The notes below the pieces were generated by a model, which made no database searches, was not told the origin of the DNA, and saw only the letters and a list, made by a program, of their open reading frames with translations. A DNA stretch of 64,000 nt, taken from assembly GCA_965242925.1 (NCBI GenBank), contig CBDEUM010000014.1, positions 384,001-448,000 of the forward strand. Reading direction: 5' to 3'. Source of the stretch: Roseibacillus sp. (GTDB lineage Bacteria > Verrucomicrobiota > Verrucomicrobiia > Verrucomicrobiales > Akkermansiaceae). The translations under genes and the position numbers were made by a program. Each line of letters starts with the position of its first letter. Within the stretch, counting starts at the first letter, position 1. This document shows, in pieces, positions 14,599-23,465 of the stretch.

Positions 14599-15897
14599 CT
14601 ACAGCTCCTTGACGAAGATATTCGCGAACTCAAGCGGATTGCCGTGGTGCTGGAATCCAAGCTTCCCGGTGGGTTTCACCCCGGGGAGCTGCGCTTCGTG
14701 CAGCACCACCTTCCCGTTGAGGACCACGGTGAGGCGGTCACCCTTCACCGTGATGACGTAACGGTTCCACTCCCCCACCTTGTTGTCGGCAGGGACCCGC
14801 GGGGTAAGCGCGGCCCGGATGGGAAGGGGCTGCCTGCTGTCGTTGCGGATCCCGTAAACCTCGCCGGAACCGACCGTCCAATTCCAGAGATTGACTTGGG
14901 TGTGAACTGCCCCGCGTAAAAGTACGCCACTGTCATACTCATCGATTTCGGAGGTCACCCCCTTCTTGTCAGGTCCGGTTTTCTGGAGGCCATTGAGAAG
15001 CAGGACCGGCTGGTTGCGTTTGCCCGAGTGCTCCCCGGTCCAGCGCCAGTCGGTCACCACCGTGAAGTCCTTGTAGTCCTTACTGGTCCAGAGATTGGTC
15101 CCCTTGCCATCGTAGTGCAGGATCCAGCCGTCCTTCACGGTCCAGTGTCCCTTGTTTTGCGGGTCCTCGGCAAAGTTCTTGAGAGATCCCCCCGCCATGA
15201 CCGGCGTGAATCCCTCGCCTGCCAGACGGTCATCAGCCTTCCCGGCCGGCTGGTACCAAGCCTCCGTCTTGTCCTCTTCAAAGGAAATTTCCGCGATCCG
15301 CATCTTGCGCACCCCGATGATTTCCCCGTGACCAGCAAAACAAACGTGTCCCTTGCGCCGCTTCACGCCCTGGTGCTTGGGGTTCTTCCTGCTCAGTTCG
15401 TCAAGATTGGCATCGGTGATGCAGACTCCGTTCAGTTCGACCGTGACACGTGGGCCACGCACCGTCACCCGCTGCCTGTTCCACTCTCCCACCGGGGCGA
15501 GGTGCCCCCGCAACGAGGCCTGCAGTGAGTAGACCGACCCGTGGAACTGCCATTCCTTCAGGTCCTTGTACTTGTCCGCGGTATTGTCAATGATCTGCAG
15601 TTCCATTCCGGTGTAGGCCGGGTTTCCGCTGCCCGGATAGTGGATCCCCAGGCCGTTGTTGGCACCGGGAGTAAGCTGGAATTCCAATTCGAGAATGTAG
15701 TCCGAATACTGCTTCTCGGTGCTCAGGTTCCCGCTCTGCCTGGACGACTCGATGATGCCATCCTTGACGAAGTAGCCGTTCTGTTCGGTCTTTCCAGACG
15801 CTCCGAAGTTAGTGAAGTCCTTTCCGTTGAAAAGCTCCACCCAGTCGGCGGAAGCAGGCAGGGAAAGGGCAAGGAAACAGGTGGCTAGGGCTTTCAT
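14599..15897 (-). CDS. Secreted double DUF1080 (3-keto-disaccharide hydrolase family) protein
   Basis: Signal peptide; two repeats of LFNGKD/...Y.D...EF.../GEWN...V.LNG.../G...F.GH. Confidence 0.9.
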   Translation of the reverse strand: MKALATCFLALSLPASADWVELFNGKDFTNFGASGKTEQNGYFVKDGIIESSRQSGNLSTEKQYSDYILELEFQLTPGANNGLGIHYPGSGNPAYTGMELQIIDNTADKYKDLKEWQFHGSVYSLQASLRGHLAPVGEWNRQRVTVRGPRVTVELNGVCITDANLDELSRKNPKHQGVKRRKGHVCFAGHGEIIGVRKMRIAEISFEEDKTEAWYQPAGKADDRLAGEGFTPVMAGGSLKNFAEDPQNKGHWTVKDGWILHYDGKGTNLWTSKDYKDFTVVTDWRWTGEHSGKRNQPVLLLNGLQKTGPDKKGVTSEIDEYDSGVLLRGAVHTQVNLWNWTVGSGEVYGIRNDSRQPLPIRAALTPRVPADNKVGEWNRYVITVKGDRLTVVLNGKVVLHEAQLPGVKPTGKLGFQHHGNPLEFANIFVKEL

Positions 15898-15954
15898 GAT
15901 AGTCGTGTGGTTGGGTGTGAATCTTGTAACTTTGAACCTGGAGATTAAAAGCAG

Positions 15955-17031
15955 CTAAAGTTCGACCGTTTTCCCGGTCCGGTAGGATTCGTCGGCGCCC
16001 GCCACGATACGCATGGAATTCAGGGCGTCTTCCATATGCTCGCTGAGATCAAGGTCTTCCCTGATGGCCTTCAGGAAGTATTCCTGCTCGCGGAAACAGA
16101 GCTCGTCGTGATCCGGCTCGTCGGTCATGTCGATCCACTCGTCCTCTTTCGTGAACTCCCTGTTTCCGTCCACTTCACTGTGGTGAATGCGCAGCGACTC
16201 GGTCTTACTGTGGGCGTCCACATCCGCGGAAGACCCCTTGCCGCCGGCTTCCTTCGCTTCAATGGTAACGCACCCATTCGGGCCCACCACGTCCTTCACG
16301 AAGAAAGCCATCTCACTCATCATGGGGCCCCATCCCGCCTCGTACCACCCCACGCTTCCGTCCTCAAAGGCAACCTGCAGGTGTCCGTAGTTGATCTTGT
16401 CCTCGGGAATATCGTTGGTCAGGCGCGCGCCCAGTCCGGAAACTCGCACCGGCTTCGAACGCGTCATCTGGCACATCACGTCCACGTAGTGCACCCCACA
16501 GTCGACGATCGGGGAGATCGAGGAAATCAGATTGCGGTGCGTCTCCCAGGCCGACCCCGAACTCTGCTGGTTCAGATTCATGCGCATGACCAACGGCTTT
16601 CCCAGGGTCCGGGCGATCTCGATGAACCGGATCCAGCTCGGATGGACCCGGAGGATGTAGCCGATCACCAGCTTCTTCCCGCTTTCCTTCGCTCTCGCCA
16701 CGATGCTTTCCGCATCTGCCACCGTCTCCGCCAGCGGCTTCTCAATGAAGACATGCGCGCCGGCCTCGAAAGCGGCCTCGGCATAGGGCCCGTGGGTATC
16801 AGGATAAGTCGAGATGCTCACCGCGTCCGGCCTGGTCTCCGCCAGAGCCTCGTGGAAGTCGCCAAATTCCGCATAGCCGCCACCCAGTTCCTCGTTGAGC
16901 TTCCCACGCGATTCAGGCGAGCGGGTCACAATTCCCACGATCTCGAACGCGTCGAGCTTGTGGTAGGCCCGGGCATGCGAGCTTCCCATGTTACCGGCGC
17001 CGACACAGAGAATACGGATCTTGTCACTCAT
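15955..17031 (-). CDS. Gfo/Idh/MocA family oxidoreductase (cytoplasmic)
   Basis: VGAGNMG Rossmann motif, HVFIEKP, DCGVHYVD. Confidence 0.93.
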   Translation of the reverse strand: MSDKIRILCVGAGNMGSSHARAYHKLDAFEIVGIVTRSPESRGKLNEELGGGYAEFGDFHEALAETRPDAVSISTYPDTHGPYAEAAFEAGAHVFIEKPLAETVADAESIVARAKESGKKLVIGYILRVHPSWIRFIEIARTLGKPLVMRMNLNQQSSGSAWETHRNLISSISPIVDCGVHYVDVMCQMTRSKPVRVSGLGARLTNDIPEDKINYGHLQVAFEDGSVGWYEAGWGPMMSEMAFFVKDVVGPNGCVTIEAKEAGGKGSSADVDAHSKTESLRIHHSEVDGNREFTKEDEWIDMTDEPDHDELCFREQEYFLKAIREDLDLSEHMEDALNSMRIVAGADESYRTGKTVEL

Positions 17032-17114
17032 TGGGTTGCAGGGACGGTGGCATGACCATCCCGGTCATGTCCAGATGCGACCGGGAGGCCGCACCAATTC
17101 TGCCAGCAGCTTCC

Positions 17115-18401
17115 TTACACCTTCCAGGGACCGCGCATCCCCTGGTGCACGTACTTGTCGGCCTCCGGTTCATCGATCTTGAAGGTCTTGGGATCGTAGC
17201 GAAAACTCTTGTTGGAACGGTGGGCGATCGTTCCCAGGTTCACGATGGAGGCGGAACGGAAGGCCTTGGTTTCGTTCAGCGCGAAGGTCTTGCGCTCCCG
17301 CACCGCCTGGTGGAAATCGGTGATCTGCGGCTCGGGGTCCTTGAGCGACTTGAGCTTCTCGTTGAACCCTTTGACGTCGGACTTGAATCCGCGCGAGATG
17401 CTGCCGGCCGATCCCTGGATGTAGGGCGTGTCCTTCTCGCGGTTGTCGCCGTCGAGGATGAGCTTGGTCCCGTCGGCATACTTGTACTCGATGCGCCGCC
17501 AGCGGCCCACCGCATCGTGGTGCTGCTTGTCGGCATCGATAAAGACTTCCACCGGACTCTCCTCGTCCTTGCCCAGGATATACTGAACCGGATCGAGATA
17601 GTGCTGGCCCATGTCACCCAGGCCGCCGCCATCGTAGTCCCAGTAGCCGCGGAAGGATCCGTGGGTGCGATGCCGGGTGTACGGTTTTACCGGAGCCGGT
17701 CCGAGCCAGAAATTGTAGTCGAAGTGCGCCGGGATCTTTTCCTCGGGCTGGTCGATCCTGCCCGACCATCCGAACTTCCAGTTGAAGCCCTGGTTGCCGC
17801 CCACCGTCACAGTGAGCGGTCCGTCGCCCAGTAACCCGTGCATGACCGCCTTGCGAATGGGCGCGACCGGAATGCCCATTCCGTAGAAGCCGTCCTTGAA
17901 GCGGAACCAGGTGTTGATGCGGAAGATGGTCTTGTGCTCGCGCATGGCCTTCACCATCGCGATGCCCTCACCGATGGTCCGGCTCATGGGCTTTTCACAC
18001 CAGACGTCCTTGCCCTGCTTGGCAGCCTCGATGGCTTGCAGGGCGTGCCAGTGGGGCGGCGTGCAGATGTGGACCACATCAATGTCATCGCGCGCGCATA
18101 ATTCGCGGAAATCGTGATAACCCTTGGGATCGTGCCCGCGCTTCTTGGCGTCCGCGGTGCGCCCGGCGAGACGCTGCTTGTCGACATCGCAGAGCGCCAG
18201 GAGCGGTCCCTTCTGTCCAACGTGGGCGCCCGATCCCGAGATCCCTCCGCAACCGATGATTCCACGCGTGATCTGCTCGCTGGGAGGACGCTTTCCCCTG
18301 GCCCCGATGACGTGGCTGGGAACGATCTGGATCGTGGCGAGGGCCGCCAGTCCCTTGAGAGTCTTGCGGCGGGTAAACACTGGTTGCGATTGTTTGTTCA
18401 T
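17115..18401 (-). CDS. Gfo/Idh/MocA family oxidoreductase with Tat signal
   Basis: TRRKTLK twin-arginine signal; IIGCGG, TPPHWH, CEKP, WLGPAP, DMGQHYLD. Confidence 0.93.
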   Translation of the reverse strand: MNKQSQPVFTRRKTLKGLAALATIQIVPSHVIGARGKRPPSEQITRGIIGCGGISGSGAHVGQKGPLLALCDVDKQRLAGRTADAKKRGHDPKGYHDFRELCARDDIDVVHICTPPHWHALQAIEAAKQGKDVWCEKPMSRTIGEGIAMVKAMREHKTIFRINTWFRFKDGFYGMGIPVAPIRKAVMHGLLGDGPLTVTVGGNQGFNWKFGWSGRIDQPEEKIPAHFDYNFWLGPAPVKPYTRHRTHGSFRGYWDYDGGGLGDMGQHYLDPVQYILGKDEESPVEVFIDADKQHHDAVGRWRRIEYKYADGTKLILDGDNREKDTPYIQGSAGSISRGFKSDVKGFNEKLKSLKDPEPQITDFHQAVRERKTFALNETKAFRSASIVNLGTIAHRSNKSFRYDPKTFKIDEPEADKYVHQGMRGPWKV

Positions 18402-18452
18402 CTTGAGTGATTTCTACGTTTTATGATTGAATGCTCTTCCATGGGATCCGGT

Positions 18453-19856
18453 CTACTCCCCAGCCTCGTCGTCCTCAGTCACCTTGACCTTGTCCCAGAA
18501 AGCGAGAAAGAAAATCACCGCAACGACGGCTGCCATGATGGCCGGGAACATCCAGAACGACTTCCACTGCGCCATGGTGCCGGAAAGCAGAGTTGCATCG
18601 ACGCCCTCCGGCATCTTCACTGAGAACATCTGCCCCAGTTGCTCAAGGAAACCCGGATCAGCATTTCCCCGCGCTGTCGAGATGGCTCCGTCGAGTTCCC
18701 CAAATTTCGTCACTCCATCCCCAAGTCCGCTAAAGTCCGTGTCGACCCAGAATAGTTTCGCCGGTCCTCCCTGGTAGAAGATTCCGAAGGTGATTGCGTA
18801 GCCGATATACATCCCGATTCCCTGCGTGAAGAAGACCAGCATGCTTTGCGCCTGGCTCCGGATCTTCTTGGGCGCCACCCGGTCCGTATACATGAATCCA
18901 GTTACGAAGAAGAAGTCGTAGCAGATTCCGTGAATCGCCACTCCCAGGAAGATCATCCACACCACTTGCTCGGGCGCCCCGAACGCAAAGAGAAGATAGC
19001 GCGCCACCCACGCCAGCATCCCGACCAGGATCATCCATTTTACGCCCAGTTTCCGGAAGAAGAAGGGGATGAGGAGCATGAAGAAGATCTCCAGCATCTG
19101 GCCGATCGTCATGGTGGAGGCAGGCTGGACAAAACCCGTATTGCCAAGGTAGTTGCTCATCGTCCCAAAATAGTAGGCCGCCGGAATGCAGATCAGCATC
19201 GAGCAAATCATGAAAACTGCGAAGGCGGGACGCTTGAAGAGCCCGAAGGCATCGACCATCAGGAGGGCGCGGAGATTGACCGGTTCGCCCTTGGCAGGAG
19301 CGGGAGTATGCGGGAGAAAGAAGGAATAAACCCCCAGCACCAGGGAGGCGGCACCAGCCAGATAGAACATGTCAAATTTCGCCGACCACCCGAAGATTCC
19401 CACCGCAAGTCCTGCCGCGATCCATCCGATCGTTCCCCAGACCCGCACCTTCGGAAAGGCCATCCGATCGAGATTGGCGAAGGCGATCGAGTTTCCAAGA
19501 CCAAGGGTCGGCATGTAGCAAACCATGTTCCCGATCATGATCCACACCATCAGTTTGCCCTTCTCCTCCCCTCCTTCAGCAACGCCGGGAATGAGCAGGA
19601 GAAGAACGCCTCCTATTAAGAAGAGGACGCCCATCACCTTTTGGGATGGGAAGAATCGGTCCGCAATCAGGCCCAGGAAGAGAGGCGCGATCATGGCGCC
19701 CAAGGGGGCCGACCCATAGGCTCCGCCAGCAAATCCAAGCAGGCCATTACTGCCCAAGCACAGCCCCAAGGTCGCGAACCAAGCCCCCCAGGTGAAGAAC
19801 TGGAGGAACATCATGATCGAGATCTTGTACGTGTTGGTGGAGCGGAGATCGGACAT
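18453..19856 (-). CDS. MFS transporter, nucleoside:H+ symporter (NupG/YegT-like) family
   Basis: MMFLQFFTWGAW, RVWGTIGWI, TIGQMLE, HGICYDFFF. Confidence 0.9.
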   Translation of the reverse strand: MSDLRSTNTYKISIMMFLQFFTWGAWFATLGLCLGSNGLLGFAGGAYGSAPLGAMIAPLFLGLIADRFFPSQKVMGVLFLIGGVLLLLIPGVAEGGEEKGKLMVWIMIGNMVCYMPTLGLGNSIAFANLDRMAFPKVRVWGTIGWIAAGLAVGIFGWSAKFDMFYLAGAASLVLGVYSFFLPHTPAPAKGEPVNLRALLMVDAFGLFKRPAFAVFMICSMLICIPAAYYFGTMSNYLGNTGFVQPASTMTIGQMLEIFFMLLIPFFFRKLGVKWMILVGMLAWVARYLLFAFGAPEQVVWMIFLGVAIHGICYDFFFVTGFMYTDRVAPKKIRSQAQSMLVFFTQGIGMYIGYAITFGIFYQGGPAKLFWVDTDFSGLGDGVTKFGELDGAISTARGNADPGFLEQLGQMFSVKMPEGVDATLLSGTMAQWKSFWMFPAIMAAVVAVIFFLAFWDKVKVTEDDEAGE

Positions 19857-20180
19857 TATAGGTTCGGTCGTGTTGTGAGCATCGCATTTGAGGGATTCGC
19901 TCTCCCCCCGGCAAGGCCGGAATCAGCGCGCCGTGGGCCCGTAGCACGTAGACGGAACTCCTCTCTTAACCCGTCTGGACTGAATAATGAACGCCCCTTC
20001 CCAACCTTCGCTCGGCAGGATTACCCGGAAATGCGCCCAAATTAGAGCCCCTCCACCCATCCTGCCCTTGAAAATCTGAAGTCCCCGCTTCGGATCGCTC
20101 CTCTTCCGGAGGTGGTCTAATATCTTGAAAGGAAAGACCGAAACCTTACCGTAACCGCCCATACGAACCGTGACCACCCC

Positions 20181-21497
20181 ATGAGCGACTCCACCAACTC
20201 CACCCGCCGCAACTTCGTAAAGACCACCACCGCCGCCACGACTGCCTCCGCCGTCGTTGGCTTCCCGCACATCGGCCGCGCCGAGATCGGCAGCAGCAAC
20301 ACCATCAAGGTGGGCCTGATCGGATGCGGCGGACGCGGAACGGGGGCCGCCACCCAGGCCCTGAAATCCGACGACAAGGTGAAACTCTGGGCCATGGCCG
20401 ACGCCTTCCCCGAGAAACTCGAGGGCCCGCTCAAGACCCTGGGAGCCGCCTTCGGCAAGGAGCGCGTGGAGGTCGCCAAGAACCGCCAGTTCACCGGTGT
20501 CAATGCCTTTGAGGAACTCGCCGCCTCCGACGTGGACGTGGTCCTCATGGCCACCCCCCCGGGATATCGTCCCATGATGCTGCGCAAGTGCATCGAGGCC
20601 GGCAAGCACGTCTTCGCCGAGAAGCCCATGGCCATCGACATGGCAGGGATTCATCACCTGATGGAGACCGCCAAGATCGCGGACGAGAAGAAGCTGGCCA
20701 TCCAGCACGGCTACTGCTGGCGCTACAGCCCGGCCAACCGGGTTGGCTTCGCCAAGGCCCACGGCGGTGAGATGGGCCGCATCACCAGCTTCGTGGGCAC
20801 CTACCTGGGCGGCACGGTACGCGCCCTCGCCCCCGACGCCACGAAGCCCGAGGGTATCAGCGATGTCGAGTGGCAACTGCGCCACTGGATCAACTTCGAG
20901 TGGCTCTCCGGCGGCCCGCTGATGGAGCAGTGCATCCACGCCGTCGACAAGATGGCCTGGGCCATGGGCGATGCCGCCCCGGTGGCCGCCTTCGGCAATG
21001 GCGGTCGGGGACAGCGCCGCGATGCCGGTAACGTCTACGACAACTACTCGATCACCTACGAGTATCCCGGCAACACTTTCTGCCAGATCCAGCAGCGACA
21101 GTACAACAACTCCTTCAACGAGAACGTGAGCCGCATCATCTGCGAAGACGGCACGGTGATTGGTCCCTGGAGAGTTTCCACCAAGGACTCCAAGGGGAAG
21201 ACCAACTGGAAATACCGGGCCGAGAAGGGCGTGGAGCAGAACATGTATCAGACCTGCCACAACGAATTCTTCGCCAACCTGCGGGCCGGCAAGATTATCA
21301 ATTCCTGCGAATTCATGGCCAGGTCCACCGCCCTCGGCATCCTCGGCCGCGAGGCCGCCCACACCGGCCAGCGAATCACCTGGGACGAGCTCTGGGCCAC
21401 CAGCGAGGACCAGGCTCCGGACAACCCGCCCCTGGACGGCAAGATGCCCATCCCGGCTCCCCCGGTCCCCGGGATTGACAAACTGGTGAAAGCCTAG
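20181..21497 (+). CDS. Gfo/Idh/MocA family oxidoreductase with Tat signal
   Basis: TRRNFVK; VGLIGCGGRGTGA, ATPPGYRP, EKP, EQCIHAVD. Confidence 0.93.
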   Translation: MSDSTNSTRRNFVKTTTAATTASAVVGFPHIGRAEIGSSNTIKVGLIGCGGRGTGAATQALKSDDKVKLWAMADAFPEKLEGPLKTLGAAFGKERVEVAKNRQFTGVNAFEELAASDVDVVLMATPPGYRPMMLRKCIEAGKHVFAEKPMAIDMAGIHHLMETAKIADEKKLAIQHGYCWRYSPANRVGFAKAHGGEMGRITSFVGTYLGGTVRALAPDATKPEGISDVEWQLRHWINFEWLSGGPLMEQCIHAVDKMAWAMGDAAPVAAFGNGGRGQRRDAGNVYDNYSITYEYPGNTFCQIQQRQYNNSFNENVSRIICEDGTVIGPWRVSTKDSKGKTNWKYRAEKGVEQNMYQTCHNEFFANLRAGKIINSCEFMARSTALGILGREAAHTGQRITWDELWATSEDQAPDNPPLDGKMPIPAPPVPGIDKLVKA

Positions 21498-21597
21498 CGG
21501 CTTTCCGGGAAAGACGGTATAGTGGGTAATGGAGTGGGGCGACAATCGCCCCACCCCCCTTGCCAAGAGATCCCTGCTTCCCCCTTCACAGATCCCC

Positions 21598-22857
21598 ATG
21601 AAACGACTCCACCAGATCCTCATGAGCGGCGTGGCCCCTTTTCTGGGAGCCCTCCCGTCCCTTGCCGAAGAACCCGCCGCTGAACAGCACCCGGTGGTCA
21701 AGGCCCCGGCCGAGTTCACCAGCTCCACCCCCACGCCCTCCCAGTGGAACCTGCCCTCCATGGACCGGATGTTCGTGAGCAAGAAGGTCCACGAGGTGGT
21801 CACCAAGAAGGGCGGACCCTCGGCGCTGGAAGCCATGAAGGACTATGAGGAGGTCGCTCCCCGGGCTGACAAGGCCAAGTACAAGATGATCGCCCTCAAA
21901 GGAGGGGAGTTCGTGATGGGCTCACCCGAGGGCGAGCACAAACTGCGCACCGAGGACGAAGGCCCGCAGAAGAAGATCAGGATCGAACCCTTCTGGATTG
22001 GACAGACGGAGATCCCCTGGGCCCTTTACAAACCGTTCTACGAAAACGGGGTCGCCCGCAACAAGGACGGCAGCCTCCTCGCAGAAGGCGCGAAGCAAAA
22101 TATCACGGTGAAAGGCAAACAACGCAAGAAGGCCATCCAGGACGCCCTCTTACGCGGGAACCGCAACAATGTCGTGGACGTGGTCTCCCAGCCCACTCCG
22201 CAGTATCACGACATGTTCGGCAGCGGCGAACACGCCTCGGACCTGAACTACCCCGCGATGTGCACCACCCAGCATGCGGCCTCCAAGTTCTGCCAGTGGC
22301 TCACCGCCCAGACCGGTCACTTTTACCGCCTCCCTACCGAAGCTGAGTGGGAGTATGCCTGCCGCGCCGGTTCCTCCACCGCCTTCTGTTTCGGCAACGA
22401 CATCGAGAAGCTCGATGACTACGCCTGGCACGGTTACAACTCCGAATACACCTACCACCCGGTGGCCACCAAGAAGCCCAACCCGTGGGGCCTCCACGAC
22501 ATGCACGGCAATGTCGCGGAGTGGGTCCTCGATGGCTTCAATGCCAGTTACCGGAAGAGCATCGTGGACGGCACGGTCAACCCTTGGAACATCGCCATCA
22601 CCCGCTACCCGCGTATCGTAAAGGGTGGCTCCTGGGACCAGGACCAGGACGAGTGCCGCAGCGGCGCCCGCCTGCATTCCGTCAACGACTGGAAGGATAC
22701 CGATCCGCAGGTGCCGAAGAGCATCTGGTACCATACCGATGGCCAGCACATCGGGTTCCGCATCGTGCGGCCGCTCAAGACCCCCGCCGCAGAGGAGATG
22801 CACCTCTACTGGAACACCGACTGGTTTGAACCCACCAGGAACGCAGAGGATCTCTAG
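21598..22857 (+). CDS. Secreted FGE-sulfatase-domain (SUMF1-like) protein lacking the FGE catalytic cysteines
   Basis: Signal peptide; GGEFVMGS, RLPTEAEWEYACRAG, NPWGLHDMHGNVAEW, KGGSW, GFR. Confidence 0.9.
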   Translation: MKRLHQILMSGVAPFLGALPSLAEEPAAEQHPVVKAPAEFTSSTPTPSQWNLPSMDRMFVSKKVHEVVTKKGGPSALEAMKDYEEVAPRADKAKYKMIALKGGEFVMGSPEGEHKLRTEDEGPQKKIRIEPFWIGQTEIPWALYKPFYENGVARNKDGSLLAEGAKQNITVKGKQRKKAIQDALLRGNRNNVVDVVSQPTPQYHDMFGSGEHASDLNYPAMCTTQHAASKFCQWLTAQTGHFYRLPTEAEWEYACRAGSSTAFCFGNDIEKLDDYAWHGYNSEYTYHPVATKKPNPWGLHDMHGNVAEWVLDGFNASYRKSIVDGTVNPWNIAITRYPRIVKGGSWDQDQDECRSGARLHSVNDWKDTDPQVPKSIWYHTDGQHIGFRIVRPLKTPAAEEMHLYWNTDWFEPTRNAEDL

Positions 22858-22889
22858 GGCTTTCCCTGTCGCAGGGAGAACAGATCAAC

Positions 22890-22914
22890 GGCGCAGCCCG
22901 GGCGGCGCCTTTTT
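22890..22914 (+). terminator. Probable intrinsic terminator
   Basis: GGCGC...GCGCC stem followed by TTTTT between convergent genes. Confidence 0.5.
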
Positions 22915-22946
22915 CGTGCCCCTCGTTTGGGACGTGAAACCGGAAC

Positions 22947-23465
22947 CTACTTCAAGCCGTCCAGGGCCTTCAACAGGTCCTCGCCCTGCCCGCCGGTAGA
23001 CGCTTTCTCGTCCTTCCAGACCAGCTTGCCATCCTTGAAGAGGTAAGCCTGGCGGGAGGCAAATTTCCCCCGGTGAGGCACTCCAAAGGCCTTAACCACC
23101 GTGCCGTCAACGTCAGCCAGGAGATCAAAGGGCAGCTTCTGACTCTCCGCGAAAGTCTTCTGGGCAGCCACCTTGTCGAAGGACACCCCATAGATCTTCA
23201 CTCCCTTTTTCTGCAGTTTCTCGTTTGCGTCCCGCAAACTACACACCTGCTTCGTTCATCCCCCGGTAGAGGCCTTGGGATAGAAGAAGAAAAAGGCCAG
23301 TCCCTCGGCGGCCACCTCGTGAATCCTGATCACCTCCCCCTTGTGATTCGTGACCTCCGCCCGGGGAAGGGCTTTGCCAAGTTCAAGGGTTTCCCCCATC
23401 GTAGAGTCCGCGAGGGCGAAAATCGAACCAACCCCCGCCAGCAGTGCCGTAATCTTGCGCTTCAT
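22947..23465 (-). CDS. bcp: Peroxiredoxin (BCP/PrxQ) with signal peptide; probable selenoprotein (UGA at 23256-23258 read as Sec)
   Basis: One continuous frame FFFYPKASTGG-UGA-TKQVCSLRD...GVSFD...F...LPFDLLAD; the UGA sits exactly at the peroxidatic Cys of the PKxxTxGC motif. Confidence 0.9.
23212..23255 (-). promoter_or_regulatory. Candidate bacterial SECIS element
   Basis: mRNA 3' of the UGA: GUUUGCG-GGA-CGCAAAC 7-bp stem, G-starting loop 23 nt from the UGA, possible lower stem UGUA/UGCA. Confidence 0.75.

Noticed and set aside
19923..21836. 637-aa minus-strand ORF (similarly 36011..37846 and 26558..28003)
   Set aside because: Antisense to well-supported genes and carrying no motifs of its own.
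21598..22857. True formylglycine-generating enzyme or EgtB/OvoA
   Set aside because: Lacks the FGE catalytic Cys pair and the DinB-like domain with the iron-binding His motif.
22947..23465. Peroxiredoxin pseudogene
   Set aside because: The only stop is a UGA at the catalytic Cys position with a SECIS-like hairpin; both halves are intact.
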